A DNA stretch of 64,000 nucleotides from Bacteroidia bacterium (GTDB lineage Bacteria; Bacteroidota; Bacteroidia; Bacteroidales; UBA932). The position numbers and the translations under genes were made by a program. Positions within the stretch are counted from its first letter, which is position 1; every line of letters starts with the position of its first letter. The DNA is taken from contig JAUMVX010000002.1 in assembly GCA_030529945.1 (NCBI GenBank), positions 17,160-81,159 of the forward strand. The letters run 5' to 3'. Below the pieces are notes generated by a model. That model was not told the DNA's origin. It did not search any database and was given only the letters and a program-made list of their open reading frames with translations. Shown here piece after piece: positions 9,361 to 18,476 of the stretch.

Positions 9361-10314
9361 ATGAAGAAGTACACATACACAGAGAAAAAAGATACGAGAA
9401 GCGGTTTCGGAGCCGGACTTGCCGAGGCCGGGAGGGCTGATGCGAGAGTCGTGGCGATGACCGCGGACCTCAAGGGTTCCCTGAAGATGGACGAGTTCGC
9501 CGCCGAGTTCCCGGAGAGGTTCATCCAGTGCGGCATAGCCGAGGCCAATATGGTCGGAGCGGCAGCCGGTCTGGCCATCACCGGGAAGATTCCTTTCGTG
9601 GGGTCTTTCGCCGAATTCATCACGGGCCGCGTGTATGACCAGATCCGTCAGGAACTGGGCTACGGGCACACGAATGTCAAGCTGGCGTCTTCGCACGCGG
9701 GTCTTACGCTCGGAGAGGACGGCGCTACGCACCAGACTATGGAGGACGTGGCCCTTATGCGCGCCATCCCGGGGATGGTGGTCCTGAACCCTTGCGACTA
9801 TAATCAGACCAAGGCTGCCACCATCGCGGCCGCCGCGTATGACGGGCCGGTGTATCTGCGTTTCGGCCGTCCGTCCTGGCCGGTGTTCACGGATCCCGAT
9901 GAGAAGTTCGAGATAGGCAAGGCCTATATTATGAACGAAGGAAACGATGTGACACTCATCGCCAGCGGACATATGGTGTGGGAAGCACTTCAGGCGGCAG
10001 AGGTGCTCGAAGCCCGCGGAGTGAGCGTCGAGGTCATCAATCTCGCTACCATAAAGCCTCTCGACGAGGAGACCGTTCTGGGTTCGGTCCGCAAGACCGG
10101 AGCCGTGGTCGTGGCCGAGGAGCATAACAGCGCCGGCGGCATCGGTGAGCTTATAGCGGGGGTTCTTGCACTCAAGTTCCCGACTCCTATGGAGTTCATA
10201 AACGGCGGCGACCGTTTCGGTCAGTCCGGAAAGCCTCTCGAACTTCTGAAGGCCTACGGAATGGATGCGGACCACATCGTGGAGGCCGCCCTCAGAGTCA
10301 TCAGCCGCAAATAA
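9361..10314 (+). CDS. Transketolase, C-terminal subunit
   Basis: Start MKKYTY at 9361; GIAEANM, GEDGATHQ, PVYLRFGR, EEHNSAGGIG. Confidence 0.93.
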   Translation: MKKYTYTEKKDTRSGFGAGLAEAGRADARVVAMTADLKGSLKMDEFAAEFPERFIQCGIAEANMVGAAAGLAITGKIPFVGSFAEFITGRVYDQIRQELGYGHTNVKLASSHAGLTLGEDGATHQTMEDVALMRAIPGMVVLNPCDYNQTKAATIAAAAYDGPVYLRFGRPSWPVFTDPDEKFEIGKAYIMNEGNDVTLIASGHMVWEALQAAEVLEARGVSVEVINLATIKPLDEETVLGSVRKTGAVVVAEEHNSAGGIGELIAGVLALKFPTPMEFINGGDRFGQSGKPLELLKAYGMDADHIVEAALRVISRK

Positions 10315-10332
10315 GGATAAGCACTTCGCCGG

Positions 10333-10875
10333 ATGACGGAAGGGCAGGAAATCGTAGGACTGTGTCGCGACGGACGGAGCCGGGAAGCTTTCGAAAGGAT
10401 CGTCCGCACGTACAGCGAGCGTCTTTATCGCCACGTCCGCAGCTTCGGATGCAGCCACGAGGACAGCGATGACCTCCTGCAGGACATATTCATAAAGGTA
10501 TGGAATGCCCTTCCCTCCTACAGGGGCGAGGCGCAGCTTTTTACCTGGCTGTGGAGAATAGCCACTAACGAGACCCTGAACTTCCTGAAAAGCAGGAGGT
10601 TCAGGTTTTTCCTGTCTTCCAGGACCCTGGATGTCCGGGAAGAAAACCGCGCCGATGACGATCCGTGGTTCGACGGGGATGAGGCCCAGAAGCTTCTGAG
10701 CCTCGCGCTGCGCAAACTCCCTCCGAAACAGAGGGCGGTCTTCAGTATGCGCTATTTCCAGGACTTGAGCTACGCGCAGATTTCCGGAATTATGGGCGTG
10801 AGCGTGGGGGCGCTGAAAGCCTCGTATCATCACGCGTATATGAAGATACGCGCGGAACTGGAGAATAATATGTAG
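10333..10875 (+). CDS. ECF-type RNA polymerase sigma factor
   Basis: Region 2 (DLLQDIFIKVW...FTWLWRIATNE) and region 4 (LPPKQRAVFSMRYFQDLSYAQIS...ALKASYHHA). Confidence 0.93.
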   Translation: MTEGQEIVGLCRDGRSREAFERIVRTYSERLYRHVRSFGCSHEDSDDLLQDIFIKVWNALPSYRGEAQLFTWLWRIATNETLNFLKSRRFRFFLSSRTLDVREENRADDDPWFDGDEAQKLLSLALRKLPPKQRAVFSMRYFQDLSYAQISGIMGVSVGALKASYHHAYMKIRAELENNM

Positions 10876-10884
10876 GGGGAGATT

Positions 10885-10909
10885 AAACCTTCCGGGTCGA
10901 AAAATGTCT
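10885..10909 (+). promoter_or_regulatory. Putative ECF-sigma promoter upstream of the anti-sigma-like gene
   Basis: AAAC (10885-88), N17, GTCT (10906-09): typical ECF -35/-10 layout. Confidence 0.45.
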
Positions 10910-10931
10910 ATCTTATCGTAAGTTTCTCATT

Positions 10932-11363
10932 ATGGTCGATAAAAAAAGAGATGTACTGGAAGAGAGCAAGCTGCGTCGGCTTCCTTACAGTGTGCCTCCG
11001 GGATACTTCGAGGGGCTTGAGGCCAGACTGTCCGAGATTCCTTCCGGGCAGCCGGCGGAAAAGTCTTCAGCTCGGGGTTTCTTCCCGAGGGTGGCTCCAT
11101 ACCTTGCCGCCGCGGCCTGCACAGCGGCTCTTCTCGTGGGCGGAATACATTTCGCAAGCCGCTCCGGCTCTGAAGGCGAGGCGTTTTCCGATGAATATCT
11201 CCGTTATTACGCGGCTGACCTTCTCCCCGTGACGCGAACCTACATAAGTCCCGCTGACGAAGAAGCGATGGCGGAACGGGAGCTTGACGAGGATGACATC
11301 AGGGAGTACCTCATCTCCAGCAGGACTTCCACGTCCCTCATAGCCTACGTTCTGGACGAATAG
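10932..11363 (+). CDS. Putative anti-sigma-like single-pass membrane protein
   Basis: N-terminal 'PYSVPPGYFEGLEARL' motif, one TM segment, directly after the ECF sigma. Confidence 0.6.
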   Translation: MVDKKRDVLEESKLRRLPYSVPPGYFEGLEARLSEIPSGQPAEKSSARGFFPRVAPYLAAAACTAALLVGGIHFASRSGSEGEAFSDEYLRYYAADLLPVTRTYISPADEEAMAERELDEDDIREYLISSRTSTSLIAYVLDE

Positions 11364-11399
11364 GGACATCAGACAATAGGATATTCAAATATTGACAAT

Positions 11400-11981
11400 A
11401 TGAAGAAGACAGTTTTACATATCGTGCTGGCGGTTCTGGCCGCTATGCTGGCAGTCCCGACCGCAGCTTATGCTCAGGAGAGGAAAGAGGGGGGCGATGA
11501 TGCCTGGAGGGAACGCATAGAGAGCAAGAAGATAGCTTTCCTCACTTCGGAGATGGATCTCACTCCGGAGGAGGCGCGGGTTTTCTGGCCTGTGTATAAC
11601 AAGGCCCGGGAGCAGATGCGGGAGGCTATGGACAAGGTGATGAAGACATTCGGAGAGATGGACAGGGCCGTAAAGGAAGGAAAGAGCGAGAAGGAGATAT
11701 CGGCTCTGGTACACGCCTACACCGCCGCGCTTGCCGCCACAAAAGGAATGGAGGAAAAGAATGCCAAGGCTTATGAGCAGGTGATATCGCCGGTGAAAGT
11801 GGCCAAGCTTCTTGTGGGAGAGGAGAAGTTCCGGATGCAGCAGATACGCAAGCTGGGTTCTCCCGACGGAAAAAAAGGCGGCAAGGACGCGAAAGAACCG
11901 AAAGACGCACCGGCCGGCAAGCCTTCCTGTGAAGCCCCCGTGTGCGCAGCACCCTGCCTTTTGGGGCATTACATCTATTGA
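11400..11981 (+). CDS. Secreted alpha-helical protein (Spy/CpxP-like), third gene of the ECF trio
   Basis: Signal peptide; KIAFLTSEMDLTPEEARVFWPVYN motif. Confidence 0.65.
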   Translation: MKKTVLHIVLAVLAAMLAVPTAAYAQERKEGGDDAWRERIESKKIAFLTSEMDLTPEEARVFWPVYNKAREQMREAMDKVMKTFGEMDRAVKEGKSEKEISALVHAYTAALAATKGMEEKNAKAYEQVISPVKVAKLLVGEEKFRMQQIRKLGSPDGKKGGKDAKEPKDAPAGKPSCEAPVCAAPCLLGHYIY

Positions 11982-12002
11982 TCACTTCATAAGCCCGGTT
12001 TT

Positions 12003-12656
12003 ATGATCATCGAGGCTAAAGGCATAAGGAAGTCCTTCGGTACCCTTGAGGTCCTGAAAGGACTTGATTTCGGTGTGGACAAGGGCGAGGTGGTGGCCAT
12101 AATGGGTGCTTCCGGAGCCGGCAAGTCCACGCTTCTGCAGATTCTGGGGACGCTTTCCACACCCGATTCCGGGGAGCTGCGCATCGACGGGACGGATGTC
12201 CTGAAGCTGCAGTCCAGGGAACTGTCCGATTTCAGGAACAGAAAACTCGGCTTCGTATTCCAGTTCCATCATCTGCTGCCGGAATTCACGGCCTTGGAGA
12301 ATGTGATGATTCCCGCGTTCATCGCCGGAAAGGGTGTCAGAGAGGCCCGTGCCGAAGCGGAAGAGCTGCTGGGGTCGATGGGGCTGGCCGGCCGCCTTTC
12401 GCATAAGAGTTCGGAGCTTTCCGGAGGGGAGCAGCAGAGAGTCGCGATAGCCCGCGCGCTCATAAACCGCCCGGCGGTGCTGTTCGCGGATGAGCCGTCC
12501 GGCAATCTGGACAGCCGGACCAAGGAGGAAATCCATTCTCTGTTCTTCAAGCTGCGCGATACCCTGGGGCAGACCATAGTCATCGTGACTCACGACGGCG
12601 GCCTCGCCGACCGCTGCGACCGCTGTCTGAATATGCGCGACGGTCAATTCGTGTAA
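12003..12656 (+). CDS. ABC transporter ATP-binding protein, LolD-like
   Basis: [51 protein letters not shown]. Confidence 0.92.
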   Translation: MIIEAKGIRKSFGTLEVLKGLDFGVDKGEVVAIMGASGAGKSTLLQILGTLSTPDSGELRIDGTDVLKLQSRELSDFRNRKLGFVFQFHHLLPEFTALENVMIPAFIAGKGVREARAEAEELLGSMGLAGRLSHKSSELSGGEQQRVAIARALINRPAVLFADEPSGNLDSRTKEEIHSLFFKLRDTLGQTIVIVTHDGGLADRCDRCLNMRDGQFV

Positions 12657-12740
12657 ATCTGTTATTTTTGTAACGTTTTTTTCGGAAATTTCTTGCGGAA
12701 TGAGATTAAATCATTACATTTATACGTTGTTTTTTCAAGT

Positions 12741-14825
12741 ATGAGAAAAATAATTATCATCGCGCTGCTTTTCTTTCTCGCTGCCGGAACGCTGACAGAC
12801 ACTTACGCCGTGCCTGCCCGTCCGGGGGTCGTTACCTTAAGGCAGAAAGACGGCAGCATCATCAGGGCCCGCATTCACGGCGACGAGTTCTGTAACTATG
12901 TCACTACGGAAGAGGGCTACAATATCGTCGGCGGAGCCGACGGCAACTGGTATTTCGCGGAGCTTGACAAGTCAGGCTCCCTCGTTTCTACGGGCATCAA
13001 GGTCGTTCCCGTCTCACGGCTCGCTTCTGCGGAGCGTTCGCGTCTGAATAAAGACTTGCGCCCGAGTATGACGGCGCGTCAGGCTCAGATGAAAGCTTGG
13101 GCGGCATCCTCGGCTCTTTCCGCTCCCTCCTCCGACGAGCGTCCCCCTTTCCTGAGCGGCAGCACTATGGCATCCGCCGGCAAGCAGAAGTCTCTCGTGA
13201 TTCTGGCAGCCTTCAGTGATCTTCCTTTCCGCGAGAGCAGCACCCTCGAGGCTTTCGACGAGATGATGAACGGCCGCAATTATACCCGGAACGGCGCTAC
13301 AGGTAGCGCTTGGCAGTACTATTATGAGAATTCCAATGGGAAGTTCGACCCGGAATTCACCGTCGTGGGTCCTTACACCCTTTCTCACGAGAGGGCCTAT
13401 TATACAGCGAACGATGATGCGAAGGCACACGAGATGGCCATCGAGGCGGCGAGACTTGCGGATGCGGACGTGGATTTCTCACAGTATGCCACAGACGGAT
13501 ATGCATACGACATCTTCGTTTACTATTCCGGCGGAGAGGAGGCTGACGGTTCAGACCCGGACGGCATCTGGCCTCACCGCTCGCATTTCGACACCATCGA
13601 AATCGACGGCGTGAAGCTTTCCGGCTATGCCTGCAGCAGTGAACTCTGCTTTCAGGCCGACGGTTCGGTGGGTTTCACCAAGATAGGCTCCTTCTGCCAC
13701 GAGTTCGGCCACACTCTGGGCTTTCCGGATTTCTACGACACCGGCTCCAGTTCCGGCACCGACACCCCCGCCAACTTTTCCCTGATGGATGTAGGGTGTT
13801 ATAACAACTACTCCGCTACTCCGCCCGCTATGAACATTCTGGAAAGATGGATGCTCGGCTGGGCTGAACCCGAAGTGCTGGAGGCGGAGGGAGATTATGT
13901 CCTGCAGCCGGTCACGGCAGATGCCGGCTATATGGTCCGCAGCGCGAAAAATGGCGATTATTTCCTTCTCGAATGCCGGGGAGCCGGACGCAATGTCTGG
14001 GATGAGGCGAGGTATCTGGACTATTTCGGTCTGGGCGTTTACCGGGGTATGCTCGTGTATCACGTGGACGTATCGAAAAAGTCTTCCTGGAGGAACAATT
14101 CAGTGAATGTCACACGCGGTGGCGAGTGCTTCCATCTCGTCTATTCCAACCCTTCCTACAAGGGATACTATATGCCGGCCTACATCCCGGGCCACAGTTT
14201 CTTCCCGGGTTCCTCAAAAGTAACTGAAATCAGGTACGGCACTTCCGACGGCTATGAGGCCCGTGACGGAGGCAAGCCCGAAGGGGACATAGGCGGAATC
14301 ACTCTGAACGACGACTATACGGTATCCTTCTCATACGCGACCCGCGCTTCCGTCATAAAAGGCATCAAGGCGGATGCCTATCAGCACGATGCCATAATCA
14401 GCTGGAGCGATGACGACGCCACGTCCTGGATGGTTACTTACGCTCCGGTTTCCGGAGGCGAAGCGCTGTCCGTCACCGTGACGGACCGGTTCGCCCATCT
14501 GCCTGCCCTGAAGGCGGGCATCTCCTACGAAGTATCCGTTGTCAGCGACCGGCAGGGCGCTGCGAGTCTTACGCTGACCACCGCCGCCAAGGGTAGCGGG
14601 AATCCGCGCATCACGCTCTCCGCCGGGACGCTCTCCTCTTCCTCCGCCGTACTCTTCACCCTGAGCGACTGCGGCGACTACAGCGACGTGCAGTGGACTG
14701 TGGACGGCGCGAAGTCCGATAACTACAGGACTCTCACCAAGGGCGAGCGGCGCATCCAGGCGTGTGTCACATTCTCTGACGGAAGCAAAGAATACTATCT
14801 CCGATATGTTAATGTAATACTCTGA
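12741..14825 (+). CDS. Secreted M6-family (immune inhibitor A-like) metalloprotease
   Basis: Signal peptide from 12741; AVPARPG...GDEFC propeptide; HEFGHTLGFPD zinc motif; SLMDVGCYN Met-turn. Confidence 0.88.
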   Translation: MRKIIIIALLFFLAAGTLTDTYAVPARPGVVTLRQKDGSIIRARIHGDEFCNYVTTEEGYNIVGGADGNWYFAELDKSGSLVSTGIKVVPVSRLASAERSRLNKDLRPSMTARQAQMKAWAASSALSAPSSDERPPFLSGSTMASAGKQKSLVILAAFSDLPFRESSTLEAFDEMMNGRNYTRNGATGSAWQYYYENSNGKFDPEFTVVGPYTLSHERAYYTANDDAKAHEMAIEAARLADADVDFSQYATDGYAYDIFVYYSGGEEADGSDPDGIWPHRSHFDTIEIDGVKLSGYACSSELCFQADGSVGFTKIGSFCHEFGHTLGFPDFYDTGSSSGTDTPANFSLMDVGCYNNYSATPPAMNILERWMLGWAEPEVLEAEGDYVLQPVTADAGYMVRSAKNGDYFLLECRGAGRNVWDEARYLDYFGLGVYRGMLVYHVDVSKKSSWRNNSVNVTRGGECFHLVYSNPSYKGYYMPAYIPGHSFFPGSSKVTEIRYGTSDGYEARDGGKPEGDIGGITLNDDYTVSFSYATRASVIKGIKADAYQHDAIISWSDDDATSWMVTYAPVSGGEALSVTVTDRFAHLPALKAGISYEVSVVSDRQGAASLTLTTAAKGSGNPRITLSAGTLSSSSAVLFTLSDCGDYSDVQWTVDGAKSDNYRTLTKGERRIQACVTFSDGSKEYYLRYVNVIL

Positions 14826-14827
14826 AG

Positions 14828-15244
14828 ATGAAACATTTACTTTTTTTGCTGACCTTGCTTCTCCTTTCGGTCTCCTGCGTCCGCGACAACACGAAGGAAC
14901 TCCGCGAGAATTTTCAGACGCTTCAGACCTGCGGCATCTGTGACAAAGACGCTATGGTCCTGAGCATAGATATGTCGGAATATCAGTATATGTGCAGCCC
15001 GTCGAAGGGCATATATCGCTTTACGGACGAGACCGGGACGAAGGACCTTACGCTTACACTGACCGGCGCGGTTCTTTCCGAAGGCGTTTCCGTGCAGGGA
15101 GTCATCTCCGGAACTCTGGGGCAGAGCGGGATGAAGTTCAAAGACCTGTACATACTGAAAAAGAGTTCGTCTCAGGTATGGCTGTGGTCGGATGCCGACA
15201 AGCGCGGTGTCATCCTTCCGGCTTGGGGAACAGTGAACAGATGA
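14828..15244 (+). CDS. Small lipoprotein of unknown function
   Basis: Lipobox LSVSC; starts 2 nt after the protease stop. Confidence 0.75.
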   Translation: MKHLLFLLTLLLLSVSCVRDNTKELRENFQTLQTCGICDKDAMVLSIDMSEYQYMCSPSKGIYRFTDETGTKDLTLTLTGAVLSEGVSVQGVISGTLGQSGMKFKDLYILKKSSSQVWLWSDADKRGVILPAWGTVNR

Positions 15245-15275
15245 TAACACCAAATAATTAATTTCATTAAAACTT

Positions 15276-18200
15276 ATGAGACAAAAACTGTTTTTGATTC
15301 CGTTTCTGATGCTCGCGCTTGTCCTGCAGGCGGGTGCGCAGAACGTGAGTGTGAATGGTACTGTCCTCGATGAGAACAATGATCCCGTCATCGGCGCGGG
15401 TGTGCTCGTGAAAGGCACGTCCGACGTCGGAGTCGTCACCGACATCGACGGACGTTTCTCTCTGAACGGACTGCGCTCCTCCGACATTCTCGTGGTTTCC
15501 TGCGTGGGAATGATAACCCAGGAGGTGGCTGTGAAGCCTGAACTTACCGTCATACTACGAACCGATCAGGAAATGCTCGACGATGTCATCGTGGTGGCTT
15601 TCGGTCAGCAGACCAAGGCGTCATTCACCGGCTCGGCGGCTGTCGTAAAGAAAGAAGAACTTGAGAAGAAACAGCTGACCAACGTGCTCAGCGGCCTCCA
15701 GGGCCAGGTGGCAGGTCTTCAGATGGTGAACAATTCCGGTTCGCCTACCGCCACGCCTTCGATGGCCATCCGCGGATTCAGCTCCATAAACGCCGGCACG
15801 TCGCCGCTCATCATCGTGGACGGCGCGCCTTACGACGGGGGCTGGAACAACCTCAACCCTAACGATGTCGAGAACATCACCGTCCTCAAGGACGCGGCCT
15901 CGAACGCCCTCTACGGCGCGCGCGGCGCGAACGGCGTGATTATGATCACCACGAAGAACGGCAAGAGCGAGAACGCGACCGTCACCTTCGACAGCAAGTG
16001 GAGTATGAACAGCCGCGCGACCATCGACTACGACTACGTGAAAGACCCGGCGCAGTACTACGAGATGCACTACGCGATGCTCTACAACTACTACGTCCGC
16101 GACCGCGGAATGTCCGCCTACGAGGCGCACTCCGCGGCCAATGTCAACCTCGGCGGAGCCACTGCTGACGGCGGTCTGGGCTACATCGCCTATACGGTCC
16201 CGGACGGCGAGTACCTTATCGGAACGAACGGCAAGCTGAATCCTCACGCATCCGTCGGGAACCGCCTCTATTACAAGGGGAAATACTATACCGTTATGCC
16301 TGATAACTGGATAGACGAAGCTTTCAGGCACAGCCTCAGGCAGGAATACAACCTGAGCCTCACCGGCGGCACCGACAAGCTCAGATTCTTCGGATCGCTC
16401 GGCTATCTGAATAACGAAGGTATCGTTTACAACTCGGATTTCGAGCGCAACACCATACGTCTCAAGACCGACTATCAGGCCAAGCCGTGGATGAAGCTCG
16501 GCGCGAATATGAACTACGCCCACAGCATTTCACACGATGTGGGGGACGGTTCGGGAACCTCCATCTTCGGCATCGCCAACACGATGGCCCCTATCTATCC
16601 TGTCTATGTCCGCGACGGGGACGGAAAGATAATGTACGACGAGAACGGCAAGATGTATGACTACGGCTCCGGTGAAATCGCCGGACTGAACCGTCCGGTT
16701 CTCTCGCGCAACAACCCTCTTCAGGAGAACTCCCTGAATACTGACAAGACCATAAACAATTCGATGAGCATCACCGGGTATACCGACATCACTCCTCTCG
16801 AAGGCCTGAAGCTTACGCTGAACGGCACCCTCACCAATGGCGAGTCCCATTACACCGCCACCCAGCAGGGCTTCTACGGCTACGGGGCCACGGCTTATCC
16901 GGACGGCTATGTCTATAAATACAACAGCCACATATATTCGCTCAACTTCCAGCAGATTCTGACCTACACCAGACAGATAGGCCGTCACAACATTTCCGTT
17001 ATGGCGGGTCACGAGAATTATGACTACAAGAGCGAATGGATGAGCGCCGACCGCGAGGGGCTCTTCTCCTATTTCGACGCGCAGGAACTCAGCGCCGCCA
17101 TCAAGATAAAAGAGAATGCCGGCTCTTCCAGCCGCTACAATACCGAAGGGTGGTTCTCCCGCGCGATGTACAATATGGATGAGAAATACTTCCTTTCCGC
17201 CTCCTATCGCCGCGACGCTTCCTCGCGTTTCCACCCCGACCACCGCTGGGGCAACTTCTACTCAGTCGGAGGCGCCTGGATTCTCAGCAAGGAAAGCTGG
17301 TACCGCAGTTCCTGGCTGGATATGCTCAAGCTCAAGATATCCTGGGGCCAGCAGGGCAACGACTCCATCGGAGACTACCGTTATACCGACACCTATTCCA
17401 TCCTCTATTATGACGGGAAGCCTTCACTCTCCCTGAGCAGCATAGGCAACCCGGAGATTACCTGGGAGACTAACAGCAACTTCAACGCGGGAGCCGAGTT
17501 CGAACTGCTGGGCGGTCGCATCACCGGTAGCGCCGAATACTTCAACAGAGTCACCACCGATATGCTCTGCTTCGTATATGTGCCTCTCTCGGGCGGTTAC
17601 GGCGGCTCTTACGACAACGTCGGAAATATGCTGAACCGGGGTCTGGAGCTTGACCTGACATTCTCACTTGTCCGCAGACGCGACTTCAATTGGAATCTCA
17701 GCCTGAACGCCACCAGTTTCAAGAACAGAATCACTATGCTGCACGAGGACAACAAGAGCGCCGAGCTCGACGGTCACTACGGCTACATAAACGGATCTTA
17801 CTTCTACGGCGAGGGACTGCCGCTGCATACCTTCTACATCAAGCGTTACGCCGGCGTGAACGAGCAGGGTCAGTCGCAGTGGTATGTGAAGCAGGACGGC
17901 ACGGACGAGCTTGCCAAGACTTCCGACTACACCAAGGGATCCTACTTCAACTGCGGAGACGCCGATCCGGACATCTACGGCGGCATCGGCACTTCCCTTA
18001 CCTGGAAGGGCTTCGACTTCTCCGTGAACTTCAACTACAGCATCGGCGGCAAGGCCATCGACTACGGCTATGCGTCCCTGATGGCGAATCCTAATGTGCA
18101 GAATACCGGAAGCAGTTTCCATAAGGACCTGCTCAAGGCCTGGTCGGAAACGAACCGCGATTCAGACATCCCGCGTTTCCAGTTCGCCATTCAGCCTGTC

Positions 18201-18470
18201 GACGATTATGCCAGCTCCACTTCGGACCGCTTCCTCACCGATGCCTCCACGCTCACCCTGCAGAATATAAATCTGGGCTACACCCTGCCTTCAGGTCTGA
18301 CCCAGCGCGTCGGACTGAGCAAGGTGCGCGTCTATGCTGCGGGCGAGAATCTCTACTATTGGAGCAAGCGCAAGGGCTTCGACCCTCGCGGAAGCTTCTG
18401 GGGAACCACCACTACCTCCACCTATGCTCCTGTCCGTATGATTACGGGCGGCGTAACTTTAACCTTCTAA
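15276..18470 (+). CDS. SusC/RagA-family TonB-dependent transporter
   Basis: Plug motifs DVIVVAFG and DVENITVLKDAASNALYGARGANGVIMITTK; C-terminal GGVTLTF. Confidence 0.97.
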   Translation: MRQKLFLIPFLMLALVLQAGAQNVSVNGTVLDENNDPVIGAGVLVKGTSDVGVVTDIDGRFSLNGLRSSDILVVSCVGMITQEVAVKPELTVILRTDQEMLDDVIVVAFGQQTKASFTGSAAVVKKEELEKKQLTNVLSGLQGQVAGLQMVNNSGSPTATPSMAIRGFSSINAGTSPLIIVDGAPYDGGWNNLNPNDVENITVLKDAASNALYGARGANGVIMITTKNGKSENATVTFDSKWSMNSRATIDYDYVKDPAQYYEMHYAMLYNYYVRDRGMSAYEAHSAANVNLGGATADGGLGYIAYTVPDGEYLIGTNGKLNPHASVGNRLYYKGKYYTVMPDNWIDEAFRHSLRQEYNLSLTGGTDKLRFFGSLGYLNNEGIVYNSDFERNTIRLKTDYQAKPWMKLGANMNYAHSISHDVGDGSGTSIFGIANTMAPIYPVYVRDGDGKIMYDENGKMYDYGSGEIAGLNRPVLSRNNPLQENSLNTDKTINNSMSITGYTDITPLEGLKLTLNGTLTNGESHYTATQQGFYGYGATAYPDGYVYKYNSHIYSLNFQQILTYTRQIGRHNISVMAGHENYDYKSEWMSADREGLFSYFDAQELSAAIKIKENAGSSSRYNTEGWFSRAMYNMDEKYFLSASYRRDASSRFHPDHRWGNFYSVGGAWILSKESWYRSSWLDMLKLKISWGQQGNDSIGDYRYTDTYSILYYDGKPSLSLSSIGNPEITWETNSNFNAGAEFELLGGRITGSAEYFNRVTTDMLCFVYVPLSGGYGGSYDNVGNMLNRGLELDLTFSLVRRRDFNWNLSLNATSFKNRITMLHEDNKSAELDGHYGYINGSYFYGEGLPLHTFYIKRYAGVNEQGQSQWYVKQDGTDELAKTSDYTKGSYFNCGDADPDIYGGIGTSLTWKGFDFSVNFNYSIGGKAIDYGYASLMANPNVQNTGSSFHKDLLKAWSETNRDSDIPRFQFAIQPVDDYASSTSDRFLTDASTLTLQNINLGYTLPSGLTQRVGLSKVRVYAAGENLYYWSKRKGFDPRGSFWGTTTTSTYAPVRMITGGVTLTF

Positions 18471-18476
18471 GGAGAA

